A DNA stretch of 17,649 nucleotides from contig JBAXBA010000076.1 of the NCBI GenBank assembly GCA_037142195.1, positions 1-17,649 of the forward strand. The letters run 5' to 3'. Position 1 is the stretch's first letter. Each line of letters starts with the position of its first letter. A program made the position numbers and the translations under genes. Shown in pieces: positions 6,255-14,900 of the stretch. Source of the DNA: Pseudomonadota bacterium. Its GTDB lineage: Bacteria > Bdellovibrionota_B > Oligoflexia > Oligoflexales > CAIMVM01. A model generated the notes under the pieces. The model did no database searches, was not told the DNA's origin, and saw nothing but the letters and a program-made list of their open reading frames with translations.

Positions 6255-8760
6255 TTTCTCATGGACCAGTAACTTTTTCTATACGGCCCTGTTGGGGGCT
6301 TTGGGCGCATTTCTATGGTGGTTGGTGCGCATTAAATTTAAATCTTTTAGGCTCCCAATTCTTCGAGTTTTGGACGTCCCCTCTGCAGATCTGCCTAAAC
6401 TAAGAACAACGCCACCACCATGGTTTCCGTTTTTATGTTTTTTAGTTGGTGTCCTTTGTTTGGTAGGCTTAACTTTGAAGCCGAGTTCCAAAGTGAATGA
6501 TAATGCTCCCGTTGATGGACAGCGAGTTCTTGTGGTTCTCGATTTGAGTCCATCGGTTTCAAGTGTGATTACGAGCCTCAGATACCGGGAGATTTTTTCC
6601 TCTTTTGTGGATTCTCTTGACGGAAAATCCATTTTGTCTGTGGTTAGAACCGATCGCAGAGATACGATTGTGGGGGAGAGTCATCAAGCGGTCAAAGATG
6701 CAGTAGGGGTTCTAGACTTTCATTCTTTTGGGACTAAGCTAGGGGAAACTTTAAAGCATGCACTTTCTCAAAATGACTCCTATACCGATATCGTCATTTT
6801 TTCTGATAAAGATGCTTTTAGCTGGAGTGACCTCAATTGGAAATTTTTAGCAGCCGATAGAAAAATAAGCAGAGTCGAATTGGGTGAGGTGCGTCAAAAA
6901 GAGAATTACTTTGTAAAAGATTTAGTGGTGCAGTCCGCGCCAGATTCAAAAGTCATGGAATGGACAGTTGGTCTGGGCTCGACGATGGCAAAAGGCAATC
7001 ACTCTGTTAAAGTTTCCGTTTTAGCTGGCGAGCAAGTTTTAGCGGAGCAGCGAACGGCATTTGAAGGTGGAGAAGGGCCAGTAAGCTTGAGTTGGCCCGA
7101 GTCAAAGTTGAATTCCTTTGAGGGAGACTCACTCCGTATTCAATTGGACGTTGATGACGCCGTTGCAAAGGACAATGTATTTCAAGTGTCCAAACAATTC
7201 GTCAGCGCAGCAGCTGTGGTCGTGGGCGATACGGGGGGAGAGCAGCAGTTAGAAGATCCTGCCCAAGCTCTGCTATCGATGCTGGAATTGCTAGGCATAA
7301 AAGTAGAACGTCGGGATCAAGCTACTGCTGAATCGCAAAAAGTCAAAAGAAGTTTTGTTATCAACTGGCTAGGTACCCACGGCAGGGATACATGTCAGCT
7401 AGGAGATCCTAAGTCTCCCCATCACTACTGGCTCATCCCTGAGACTCTAGAAGCGTTTCCTCAAGTTTGTGAGTGTTTCAATAAGATCGAATTAGAAGCT
7501 ACGCGGATAGCTTCGCTGTCTGCTGGTTCGCTATCTAGTTCGCTACCTGCTGGTTCGCCTGCCCATGTAACTCCCGCTGCACCCATCTCGTGTTCTAACC
7601 TTAAAAGCCCAGCAGAGTGGAGCGCAGCCCTGATTCAACATAATTTCTTTCAGATGGGCGGACAGCTTGGATCTTCTGCTGAGAGTCTGGCACTCAGAGG
7701 CAAAGTTAGCGGGATCGATGTGGTGGCGTTTCAGATTCCTTTCACTCCCTTGGCAGGAATTCCCCATGGAAATTGGCCGCTATTAGTCAAAGCCTTCGTA
7801 GATGCCGAACATTTTGAAGCTTCCAAGGGAGCTTGGCCGCGAGTGGAGTCTCTTTTTGACATGGAAGATCCAGCACTCCTTTCAGCCTCAAATGTTCCCT
7901 ACCGTGAATCAGCTCTTGAGGAAACAAGTGTCAAGGACTTGCCTAGTACTTGGAATTGGCAGCCGCATTCTGCGGGTGCGGTAGCTCAAGATTCCGATGA
8001 CTCTGATCCTCTGCCCTGGATTATGAGGGTTATAAAAATAGTCCTGATCGTTCTTGTGGCGGAGATAGCTTTTGGTGTTTATAGCCGTCTGAGGCTCACG
8101 ATGCTCGCACTATTTTTCGGTTTCGTAAGTATGAAATCCGAAGGTGCTTTGATACTGTCAAGCTTGTCCCCCCATCCCCTCAACATGCAAGATTTTTCCA
8201 AGTCCTTGGAATCTCGGACAAGCCTATCTTTAGAAACGAACGCTCGTATCTATCCAAAACTAACAGCTACGGCTCTGAGAGAACCTTGGCTGTTTGTCAA
8301 TGATCCTGCCAGTCTTTTAGGGCCTTCGGGAGCGTTCTTGCCGGAGCTCGAAGGATGGATTCGAAAAGGGGGAATTCTTATTCTTCAGGCAGATATCCCT
8401 CTCTTTCAACTGGAGAAATTCACCTCTGAAGGTTTTGTTTCGACGGTAAAGAAGGGAAGTTGGCGGCCCATAGCGCCCGATCATGAATTGATGCGCAGCT
8501 TTTATCTTCTGGATAGCTTGCCAGCCTGTGAGGGATCCACTTGGCAAGAGTATAGATATGATGGACGTACAGCTATTCTCGCAATTCCCTTTAGGCTCTC
8601 CTCAATTTTAAGTAATACCCCGGAGCCGGCCCCATGCCCCGTCTTAAACGACAGGGAAAGATTGACGAGAGTACTTGTTAACCTTTTTATGGTTTCTTTA
8701 GCGACGGATTATAAAAAAGATCAGATTCACCTACCAGAGATTTTAAAGAGGCTACGCTAA
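6241..8760 (+). CDS. Membrane protein: BatA-like N-terminal double TM + VWA + C-terminal DUF4159-like domain
   Basis: Two N-terminal TM segments, MIDAS VVLDLSPS and VIFSD, and internal hydrophobic segments. The C-terminal HELMRSFYLL...DGR...NLFMVSLATDYKKDQIHLPEILKRL is typical of DUF4159 proteins in MoxR/DUF58 operons. It overlaps the DUF58 gene by 14 nt. Confidence 0.85.
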   Translation: MDNFNFSWTSNFFYTALLGALGAFLWWLVRIKFKSFRLPILRVLDVPSADLPKLRTTPPPWFPFLCFLVGVLCLVGLTLKPSSKVNDNAPVDGQRVLVVLDLSPSVSSVITSLRYREIFSSFVDSLDGKSILSVVRTDRRDTIVGESHQAVKDAVGVLDFHSFGTKLGETLKHALSQNDSYTDIVIFSDKDAFSWSDLNWKFLAADRKISRVELGEVRQKENYFVKDLVVQSAPDSKVMEWTVGLGSTMAKGNHSVKVSVLAGEQVLAEQRTAFEGGEGPVSLSWPESKLNSFEGDSLRIQLDVDDAVAKDNVFQVSKQFVSAAAVVVGDTGGEQQLEDPAQALLSMLELLGIKVERRDQATAESQKVKRSFVINWLGTHGRDTCQLGDPKSPHHYWLIPETLEAFPQVCECFNKIELEATRIASLSAGSLSSSLPAGSPAHVTPAAPISCSNLKSPAEWSAALIQHNFFQMGGQLGSSAESLALRGKVSGIDVVAFQIPFTPLAGIPHGNWPLLVKAFVDAEHFEASKGAWPRVESLFDMEDPALLSASNVPYRESALEETSVKDLPSTWNWQPHSAGAVAQDSDDSDPLPWIMRVIKIVLIVLVAEIAFGVYSRLRLTMLALFFGFVSMKSEGALILSSLSPHPLNMQDFSKSLESRTSLSLETNARIYPKLTATALREPWLFVNDPASLLGPSGAFLPELEGWIRKGGILILQADIPLFQLEKFTSEGFVSTVKKGSWRPIAPDHELMRSFYLLDSLPACEGSTWQEYRYDGRTAILAIPFRLSSILSNTPEPAPCPVLNDRERLTRVLVNLFMVSLATDYKKDQIHLPEILKRLR
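7513..7560 (+). repeat. Short degenerate in-frame tandem repeat (15/12/15 bp + partial)
   Basis: TCGCTGTCTGCTGGT | TCGCTATCTAGT | TCGCTACCTGCTGGT | TCGCCT, encoding SLSAG-SLSS-SLPAG-SP. Confidence 0.7.
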
Positions 8761-11030
8761 TGGATATTTTGCCATGGATACATGTCATCATTCCGCTCTT
8801 TTGCCTGGTTTTGGCAATTCAGTGGGCTTCTAAAATAGGGCCTTTGCGAGCAGGTATAGCTGGGATAAGTCGCTATATGTGGATGCTTCCCATGATTTTA
8901 ATGGTAACTCCCAAAGATCGAAAAATAGATTTGCCGCGCTCCCTATTAACTAAGAAAATTCATGTCTTAGTGGATGATTCTACGAGTATGCTTTCCCATC
9001 AAACTTCAGAATCTCAAAAAGAGTCTATTCTTAAAAAACTTAAAGAACGTTGTACAGAAATTGGGTGTTCCGTTAAGGAAACGTTGCTTTCTGATCTAGA
9101 ACCCGATGCGAAAAAAGGGTATTCCCCTATTAGTGAAGGTCTCTCAAAACTCCATTTTTCTTCAGGCTCTGATCCCTGGGTGCTAATTTCTGATGGCGGT
9201 GAGACGAAGCCGCAGGGGATTTTGCCTTCTGCTGTGCCGAATGGAGTCGTTATGGGAGTGGGCCCAGAAGATGGGCTTAACTATTCGGTGAAGTCCGTGG
9301 GTTCAGCGAACCTTGCGTTTGAGGGGAAAGTTACCGAAGTCGCGGTTACTATAGGACGCACGGGTACAGATTCTTCAGAAACAGTCCAGATTCAGGCTAG
9401 TATTGACGCACTTCCTGTAGCGAGTATCAATGTGAAATTTGATCAAGGAAAAGAAGAAGCTAAAGCGTTTCTCCAAATTCCAACACTTAAAAGAGGTCAG
9501 TATCTTTTAACCGTAGGCGTCATCGGAGTCGCCACCGAGCGCATTCTTTGGGATAATACTCAAAATATTCCCCTAGAAGTTTTGCCAAACACAGTCGGTA
9601 TTTTACATGTTTTGGGCAGCCCCGATTGGGATGGGCGCTTTCTGCGGCGGTATTTGAAAAGCGAGCCTAAATTCGACTTGATCAGTTTTTACATTCTAAG
9701 AGATATTTTTGATCAGAACAGCGTGGACCAAAGAGAATTAAGTTTAATTCCTTTTCCAGTGGAACGCCTTTTTACTGAGGAACTTGCCAGCTTCAGAGTG
9801 CTCGCTCTTCAAAACTTCACCTTGCAGAAGTTTCTGCAGCCAGAACTTTCTAAGAATTTAATTTCCTTCATTCAAAATGGCGGAGGAGCTTTGATACTGG
9901 GCGGTCCGCGGGCATTTAAACCTGCAGATCTCTCCTCGTCAGCTTTAAGCGAGATTCTGCCGTTCCAATATAAGGGCCCTAAAGGAACCGATGAGGCTTT
10001 TCCAGGAAATGACTCTTCGAATGAAAGTGAGAGCCGTAATGAAGGGAATCGTCTCATACCTTGGTATGATGCGGGACTTAAGTTTAGAATTCAACTGTCT
10101 CATCCTGACCCAGACCAAAGGGCTTTGGCTAGCGTTTATGACGATTTAGAATCGATGCAAAATGACCTTGCTGCTGCTGGTGAATTACAAGGCTTGCATC
10201 ATATGGAGAATGTGGAATTCAAAGCAGGAAGCTACACACCTCTTTTGGAAGCGGTAAGATCTGATGGCAAAGTCATCCCCCTTGCCATTGCAACCTATCC
10301 TGGGAAAGGGCGTGCCATATGGGTCTTTACCGACAAATTGTGGGAGCTTGGATTGGCGGGAACTGAGGGGAGCCCCTCTAGAGATCTTTACAATCGTGTG
10401 ATTGAGTCGTTGTTTACCTGGCTCCTGCGGGAAGATATTCGAAAGCCCATTCGAATTGTGGACATAGGGATGTCGAGTGAAGGCCAAGGGACTTCGTTTA
10501 AGATTCAACTCCGTGGACCAGCCTTAAGATACTTGACGTCGTCAGAAAATTGGTCGGTACAGGTTTGTGACCGTGTCATACCAAAAGAAAATTTAGATCT
10601 TACACGCGCAGGTACCGATGAGCTTTTTTTGTCAGGACAAATCAAAGCCTATACCGCTGTTGGCTTGAAGTGCCAGGTAAATTTAGAAGCAAAGCATAAG
10701 GCCTTTGGTAGCATCAAGTTGTCTCAGATTACTGCCATTCCCCAAGTCTTTACAGATAAAGAATTGGAGGGTTCAAGAGAATACCTAAAACGATTGGCAG
10801 CCCATATGGAGGCTCCTTTCTATACTGAAGTTTCTGATTTGGACAAATGGTTGGTCTCTAAAGTAGCGAGCACCGGTATTATCGAAGCTCCTAAGTCCAA
10901 AATTGTAAGTGACTACTTTTGGTGCTTTGATTTTTGGTGGTTCTATCTCTTGATTTTGGGGATTCCTTTGGAAGTCGCATCTCGTCGCTGGGATCAGATT
11001 GCAGGTAGCAGATTCAGTAGCATAGAATAG
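8760..11030 (+). CDS. Membrane-anchored VWA + Ig-like + class-I glutamine-amidotransferase-like domain protein (MoxR operon member)
   Basis: Two N-terminal TM segments, MIDAS VLVDDSTSM and LISDG, an Ig-like segment ending WDN, FLRRYLKSEP..DLISFYILR...ELSLIPFP...LF, GGGALILGG, GKGR, and a C-terminal TM ending LE...RR. The start overlaps the upstream stop (TAATG). Confidence 0.82.
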   Translation: MDILPWIHVIIPLFCLVLAIQWASKIGPLRAGIAGISRYMWMLPMILMVTPKDRKIDLPRSLLTKKIHVLVDDSTSMLSHQTSESQKESILKKLKERCTEIGCSVKETLLSDLEPDAKKGYSPISEGLSKLHFSSGSDPWVLISDGGETKPQGILPSAVPNGVVMGVGPEDGLNYSVKSVGSANLAFEGKVTEVAVTIGRTGTDSSETVQIQASIDALPVASINVKFDQGKEEAKAFLQIPTLKRGQYLLTVGVIGVATERILWDNTQNIPLEVLPNTVGILHVLGSPDWDGRFLRRYLKSEPKFDLISFYILRDIFDQNSVDQRELSLIPFPVERLFTEELASFRVLALQNFTLQKFLQPELSKNLISFIQNGGGALILGGPRAFKPADLSSSALSEILPFQYKGPKGTDEAFPGNDSSNESESRNEGNRLIPWYDAGLKFRIQLSHPDPDQRALASVYDDLESMQNDLAAAGELQGLHHMENVEFKAGSYTPLLEAVRSDGKVIPLAIATYPGKGRAIWVFTDKLWELGLAGTEGSPSRDLYNRVIESLFTWLLREDIRKPIRIVDIGMSSEGQGTSFKIQLRGPALRYLTSSENWSVQVCDRVIPKENLDLTRAGTDELFLSGQIKAYTAVGLKCQVNLEAKHKAFGSIKLSQITAIPQVFTDKELEGSREYLKRLAAHMEAPFYTEVSDLDKWLVSKVASTGIIEAPKSKIVSDYFWCFDFWWFYLLILGIPLEVASRRWDQIAGSRFSSIE

Positions 11031-11104
11031 AATCATTTGGCTGCAAATGAGTTGCTTACTTGATCGGGGCAGGTCATTCCATTGAGATAGAGAAGGAGTA
11101 GGAA

Positions 11105-11755
11105 ATGATCCATGTCGTGATGGCGGGAGGCTCTGGTCTTATTGGGCGTGAGTTGCTAAATCTTTTCGCTCAAGAAGAAAAAATAGCTGCTATATACTCC
11201 TTAGCGCGCTCTAAACGCGACCATTTGCCATCCAAAGTAACTGAGATCGTAACAAACTTTGATTCCATCCAGGAATTAGAACTTCCGACCTGCGATGTCG
11301 GGCTTTGTAGCTTGGGTACAACTATGAAACAAGCTGGATCTAAAGAGAACTTTTACAAAGTTGATCACGACTATGTTTTGAATTTTGCAAAACTCTGTAA
11401 AAAAATAGGCGTTAAGAAATTTATAGTCGTCAGCGCCATGGGTGCCAACGTAAAATCCAAAGTGTATTACAACCAAGTTAAAGGGCAGACCGAGGAAGAT
11501 TTAAAGAGTTTGAGTTTTGAGTCTCTTGTTATATTGCGCCCCAGTTTATTGCTTGGAGATCGCTCTGAGTTCAGGCTTGGCGAGTGGATCGCTCAAAAAA
11601 TGATGGGTCCTTTAAATTTTCTCTTCGTGGGTAGTTTGGCACAATGGAAACCAATTAGCGGATTAAAGGTCGCGAAACGCATGTGTGCAGAAAGCACTTC
11701 CTCAGCGCCCCAAAAAACATCCAAATGTCGGGTTCTTTCGAATCATGAAATTTAA
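11105..11755 (+). CDS. NAD(P)-binding Rossmann-fold protein, TIP30/CC3/YraR-like atypical SDR
   Basis: GGSGLIG, CSLGTT...AGS..FYKVDHDY, VSAMGA, YNQVKG (YxxxK) and ILRPSLLLG. RBS AAGGAG. Confidence 0.92.
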   Translation: MIHVVMAGGSGLIGRELLNLFAQEEKIAAIYSLARSKRDHLPSKVTEIVTNFDSIQELELPTCDVGLCSLGTTMKQAGSKENFYKVDHDYVLNFAKLCKKIGVKKFIVVSAMGANVKSKVYYNQVKGQTEEDLKSLSFESLVILRPSLLLGDRSEFRLGEWIAQKMMGPLNFLFVGSLAQWKPISGLKVAKRMCAESTSSAPQKTSKCRVLSNHEI

Positions 11756-11810
11756 CTATGCAATAGGTGTTCTATTTTATCAATAAATTTTCTTGAATAG
11801 AGGACTCGTC

Positions 11811-11879
11811 ATGAAAGCGCTCATTGTTTTACTTTTTTTAAGTAAATATCTCAATTTAATGCTGAGCAGGTATTTTTGA
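11811..11879 (+). pseudogene. 22-aa hydrophobic mini-ORF / probable remnant of a secreted-protein gene
   Basis: GAGGA RBS then ATG: MKALIVLLFLSKYLNLMLSRYF*. A second frame continues (FNAEQVFLTALGKIHVQESPVNKKFQQT*) to 11941. Confidence 0.3.
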
Positions 11880-11959
11880 CTGCTTTAGGTAAAATTCACG
11901 TGCAAGAATCGCCAGTGAACAAGAAATTTCAACAAACGTGATATTTCTTTTTCGAAGGT

Positions 11960-14900
11960 CTAATTTGTATTGTCTCGAATGATGGCTCCATCGCTGACGT
12001 TAGTACCATCAAATCCACAAACTCTAAAACTGTAAGTTGTTGCCGTTGTCAATCCTGAATATGTATAGCTAGTAACACCCGCTCCTAATGTTATAGCTCC
12101 ACCATCTGTGCAAGGTAGAGGATTGGCGCTACCCAACACTGCCGGAGAGATCTTGACTTGAGTGGTGGTGCCAAGGTTGCTACCCCAACTTAGAGTGACC
12201 GATGTCGTAGATTTAGCGGAAACCCTAACATCAGGATCAAACAATCTTGAAAGATTCCTGTAAACGTACGCTGCTCCCGCGCGATTCACCGAATTATTAG
12301 TGCTTGAAGTTGGTCCATTCGTGATTGTACTCTGGTTGGAGGATTCCTGGTAAGCTCCTACAAGTACCGTATCTGCTGAGAGAGCGACGGAATATCCAAA
12401 TTTATCATTTGCCTCAATATTGGAAGCTTTAAGATAAGCTTCCTGGCTCCATGTGGAACCCGTTCTTTTGAAAATGTAACTGGCTCCTGCGTCCATTGCG
12501 GAATTATCGGCGTTTGAGGTCGTTCCGTTGTTAATCATGGTTTGGTTAGCGTCTTCCCGGAATGCTCCCATAACGGCTGTATCTCCTGAGATGTCAACCG
12601 AAGACCCAAGATTATCATTAGCGGTGGGGTTGCTGGCTTTAAGATAAGCCTCTTGTGCCCAAATGATTCCTGTTCTTTTGTAGATGTAACCAGCACCAGC
12701 AATGCCTACAGAATTGTCAGAGCTTGAAGTCGTTCCATTCGTGATCGTCGACTGATTGGAGCCTTCTCCTATGGCGCCCACAATAATCGTATCTCCCGAA
12801 ATAGCGACCGAATAGCCAAAATCATCAAAAGCATTAGTATTAGAAGCTTTCAAATAAGCTTCCTGAGCCCAAGTGGACCCTGTTTTCTTGTAAATGAAAC
12901 TTGCTCCCGACTGAGATGTTGAAATATCCGAGCTTGAGGTGGTTCCATTGGTGATGGTGGTTTGGTTGGAGGATTCTATGTAAGCTCCAACAACTACTGT
13001 ATCTCCTGATAGGGCGACTGAAGCGCCAAAATAACTGGGCGCGCTTGCATTATTATTTGAAGCTTTCAGATAAGCCTCTTGGGCCCATGTGGAACCTGTT
13101 CGCTTGTAAATGTAGCTTGCTCCGGCATTCATTGATGAATTATTGGAACTAGCAGTGGTTCCATTGGTGATCGTGGTCTGGTTGGAGTCTTCCGTAAGGG
13201 ATCCAATTACGGCTGTATTTCCTGAGATGGCAATGGAATATGTATAATAATCGCTACCCTCTGGATAGGGAGGTTTCAAATAAGCTTCTTGAACCCAGGT
13301 GGATCCAGTTCTTTTGTATACATAGGCAGCTCCCGCGCTAAACACGGAATTGTTTGTGCTTGAGGTGGTTCCATTTGTAATTGTGTTTTGGTTTGATCCT
13401 TCCCCAAGTGCGCCTACTATGACCGTATCTTCTGATATAGCAACGAAATAGCCAAAATAACCACTGGCATTAGAATTAGAGGCTTTGAGATAAGCTTCTT
13501 GAACCCATGTGGATCCCGTTCTTTTATAAATAAAGGTAGCGCCAGACGCGCCTGATGAATTATCAACGCTTGAAGTCGTTCCATTCGTGATGGTGGTTTG
13601 ATTGGAGCTTTCCTGGTAAGCTCCACTAACCGCTTTATCGCCTGAAAGGGCAACTGCATAGCCAAACCAGTCATTGGCTTCTGCATTAGAAGCTTTTAGA
13701 TAAGCTTCCTGAGCCCAGCCCTTAAGAGTATAAGTCTCATCGCCGGTCTTTCCGGCAGTGAGAGGGTTGCCCCAAACGTCGACAATCCCGGTCACGTTTG
13801 TAAGATCTAGTCTTAGTTGGCCAGCATTACCAGGTAGAACCCAAACCGTGCATACGGATCCGGAACACGAAATATTAGAAACTTTTCCCGTTGCGCCAGT
13901 AGTGCTTGTAACTTCAGTGAAAGAAAAGTTATCTGGGCTCACACCCATTACTGGCTCATTAAACGTCACGATATAATCGACAAGTGATGTTCCAGAGACA
14001 GGATTGGAAGTGGAGCCTCGATTGATGCTTAAAACGTTGGGACCTACGTCATCGCCCTTAACGGTGACTTGCGTGGTAGTCCCTTCGGAGTAGTTGACTC
14101 CATTGAAAGTACAGATCCGGACGATATAGCTCTGTCCCGGTGTGAGACCTGAAGAAACCGAAACTGAAGTTGATGTTCCGTTATAAGCCACCGTACCAGA
14201 GCTACAGTTCGCTCCAGGCGTTGATGTGGAATAGACCACTTTGAAAGTGCCATTTCCGCTACCAAGATTGGATCCATTCCAGCTTACCGTAAATGACGAG
14301 CTTGTTACTGAAGACTGGATTTCATGGGCTTCGAACATTCTGGAAAGATTTCTGTAAACGTAAACAGCTCCAGCGTTACTTGCAGAATTGTCAGTACTTG
14401 AAGTGGTTCCATTCGTGATGGTAGTCTGGTTGGAATCTTCCCCGATAGCTTCTATAACTGCTGTATCTCCTGAAAGCGCTACTGAATAGCCAAATTCGTC
14501 TGACGCATTGCTATTTGATGCTTTTAAATAAGCTTCCTGGGCCCATGTGGAACCCGCTCTTCTGTAGATGTAACTAGCCCCTGATGAATTTGCTGAATTG
14601 TCCGTGCTTGAAGTCGTTCCATTCGTGATGGTAGTCTGGTTGGAGCCTTCCCTGTAGGCTCCTACAACTGCAGTATCTCCTGAAACGGCAACTGAAAATA
14701 AACGATCAAAAGCATTGCTATTTGAGGCTTTCAGATAAGCTTCTTGAGCCCAGGTGGACCCTGTTCTTTTATAGATGTAGCTGGCTCCAGCACCACTTGC
14801 AGAATTATCTGAGCTTGAGGTGGTCCCATTAGTGATCGTGATCTCGTTGGATGACTCCCAGAAAGCCCCAACAACTACCGTATCTCCTGAGAGAGCGACT

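Noticed and set aside
11033..11050. TCATTTG-GCTG-CAAATGA hairpin as an intrinsic terminator after the MoxR operon
   Set aside because: The 7-bp stem is AT-rich and has no U-tract, which is too weak to call.
6279..11476. Short ORFs nested in the MoxR operon and the SDR gene (6279-6632, 7543-7767, 7802-7984, 8317-8547, 9872-10057, 10185-10508, 10785-11036, 11276-11476)
   Set aside because: They are shadow ORFs of long conserved genes.
11833..11839. T7 tract as a phase-variation switch for the mini-ORF at 11811
   Set aside because: Shifting into the longer downstream frame at this tract hits a TAA immediately, so slippage would not restore a longer protein.
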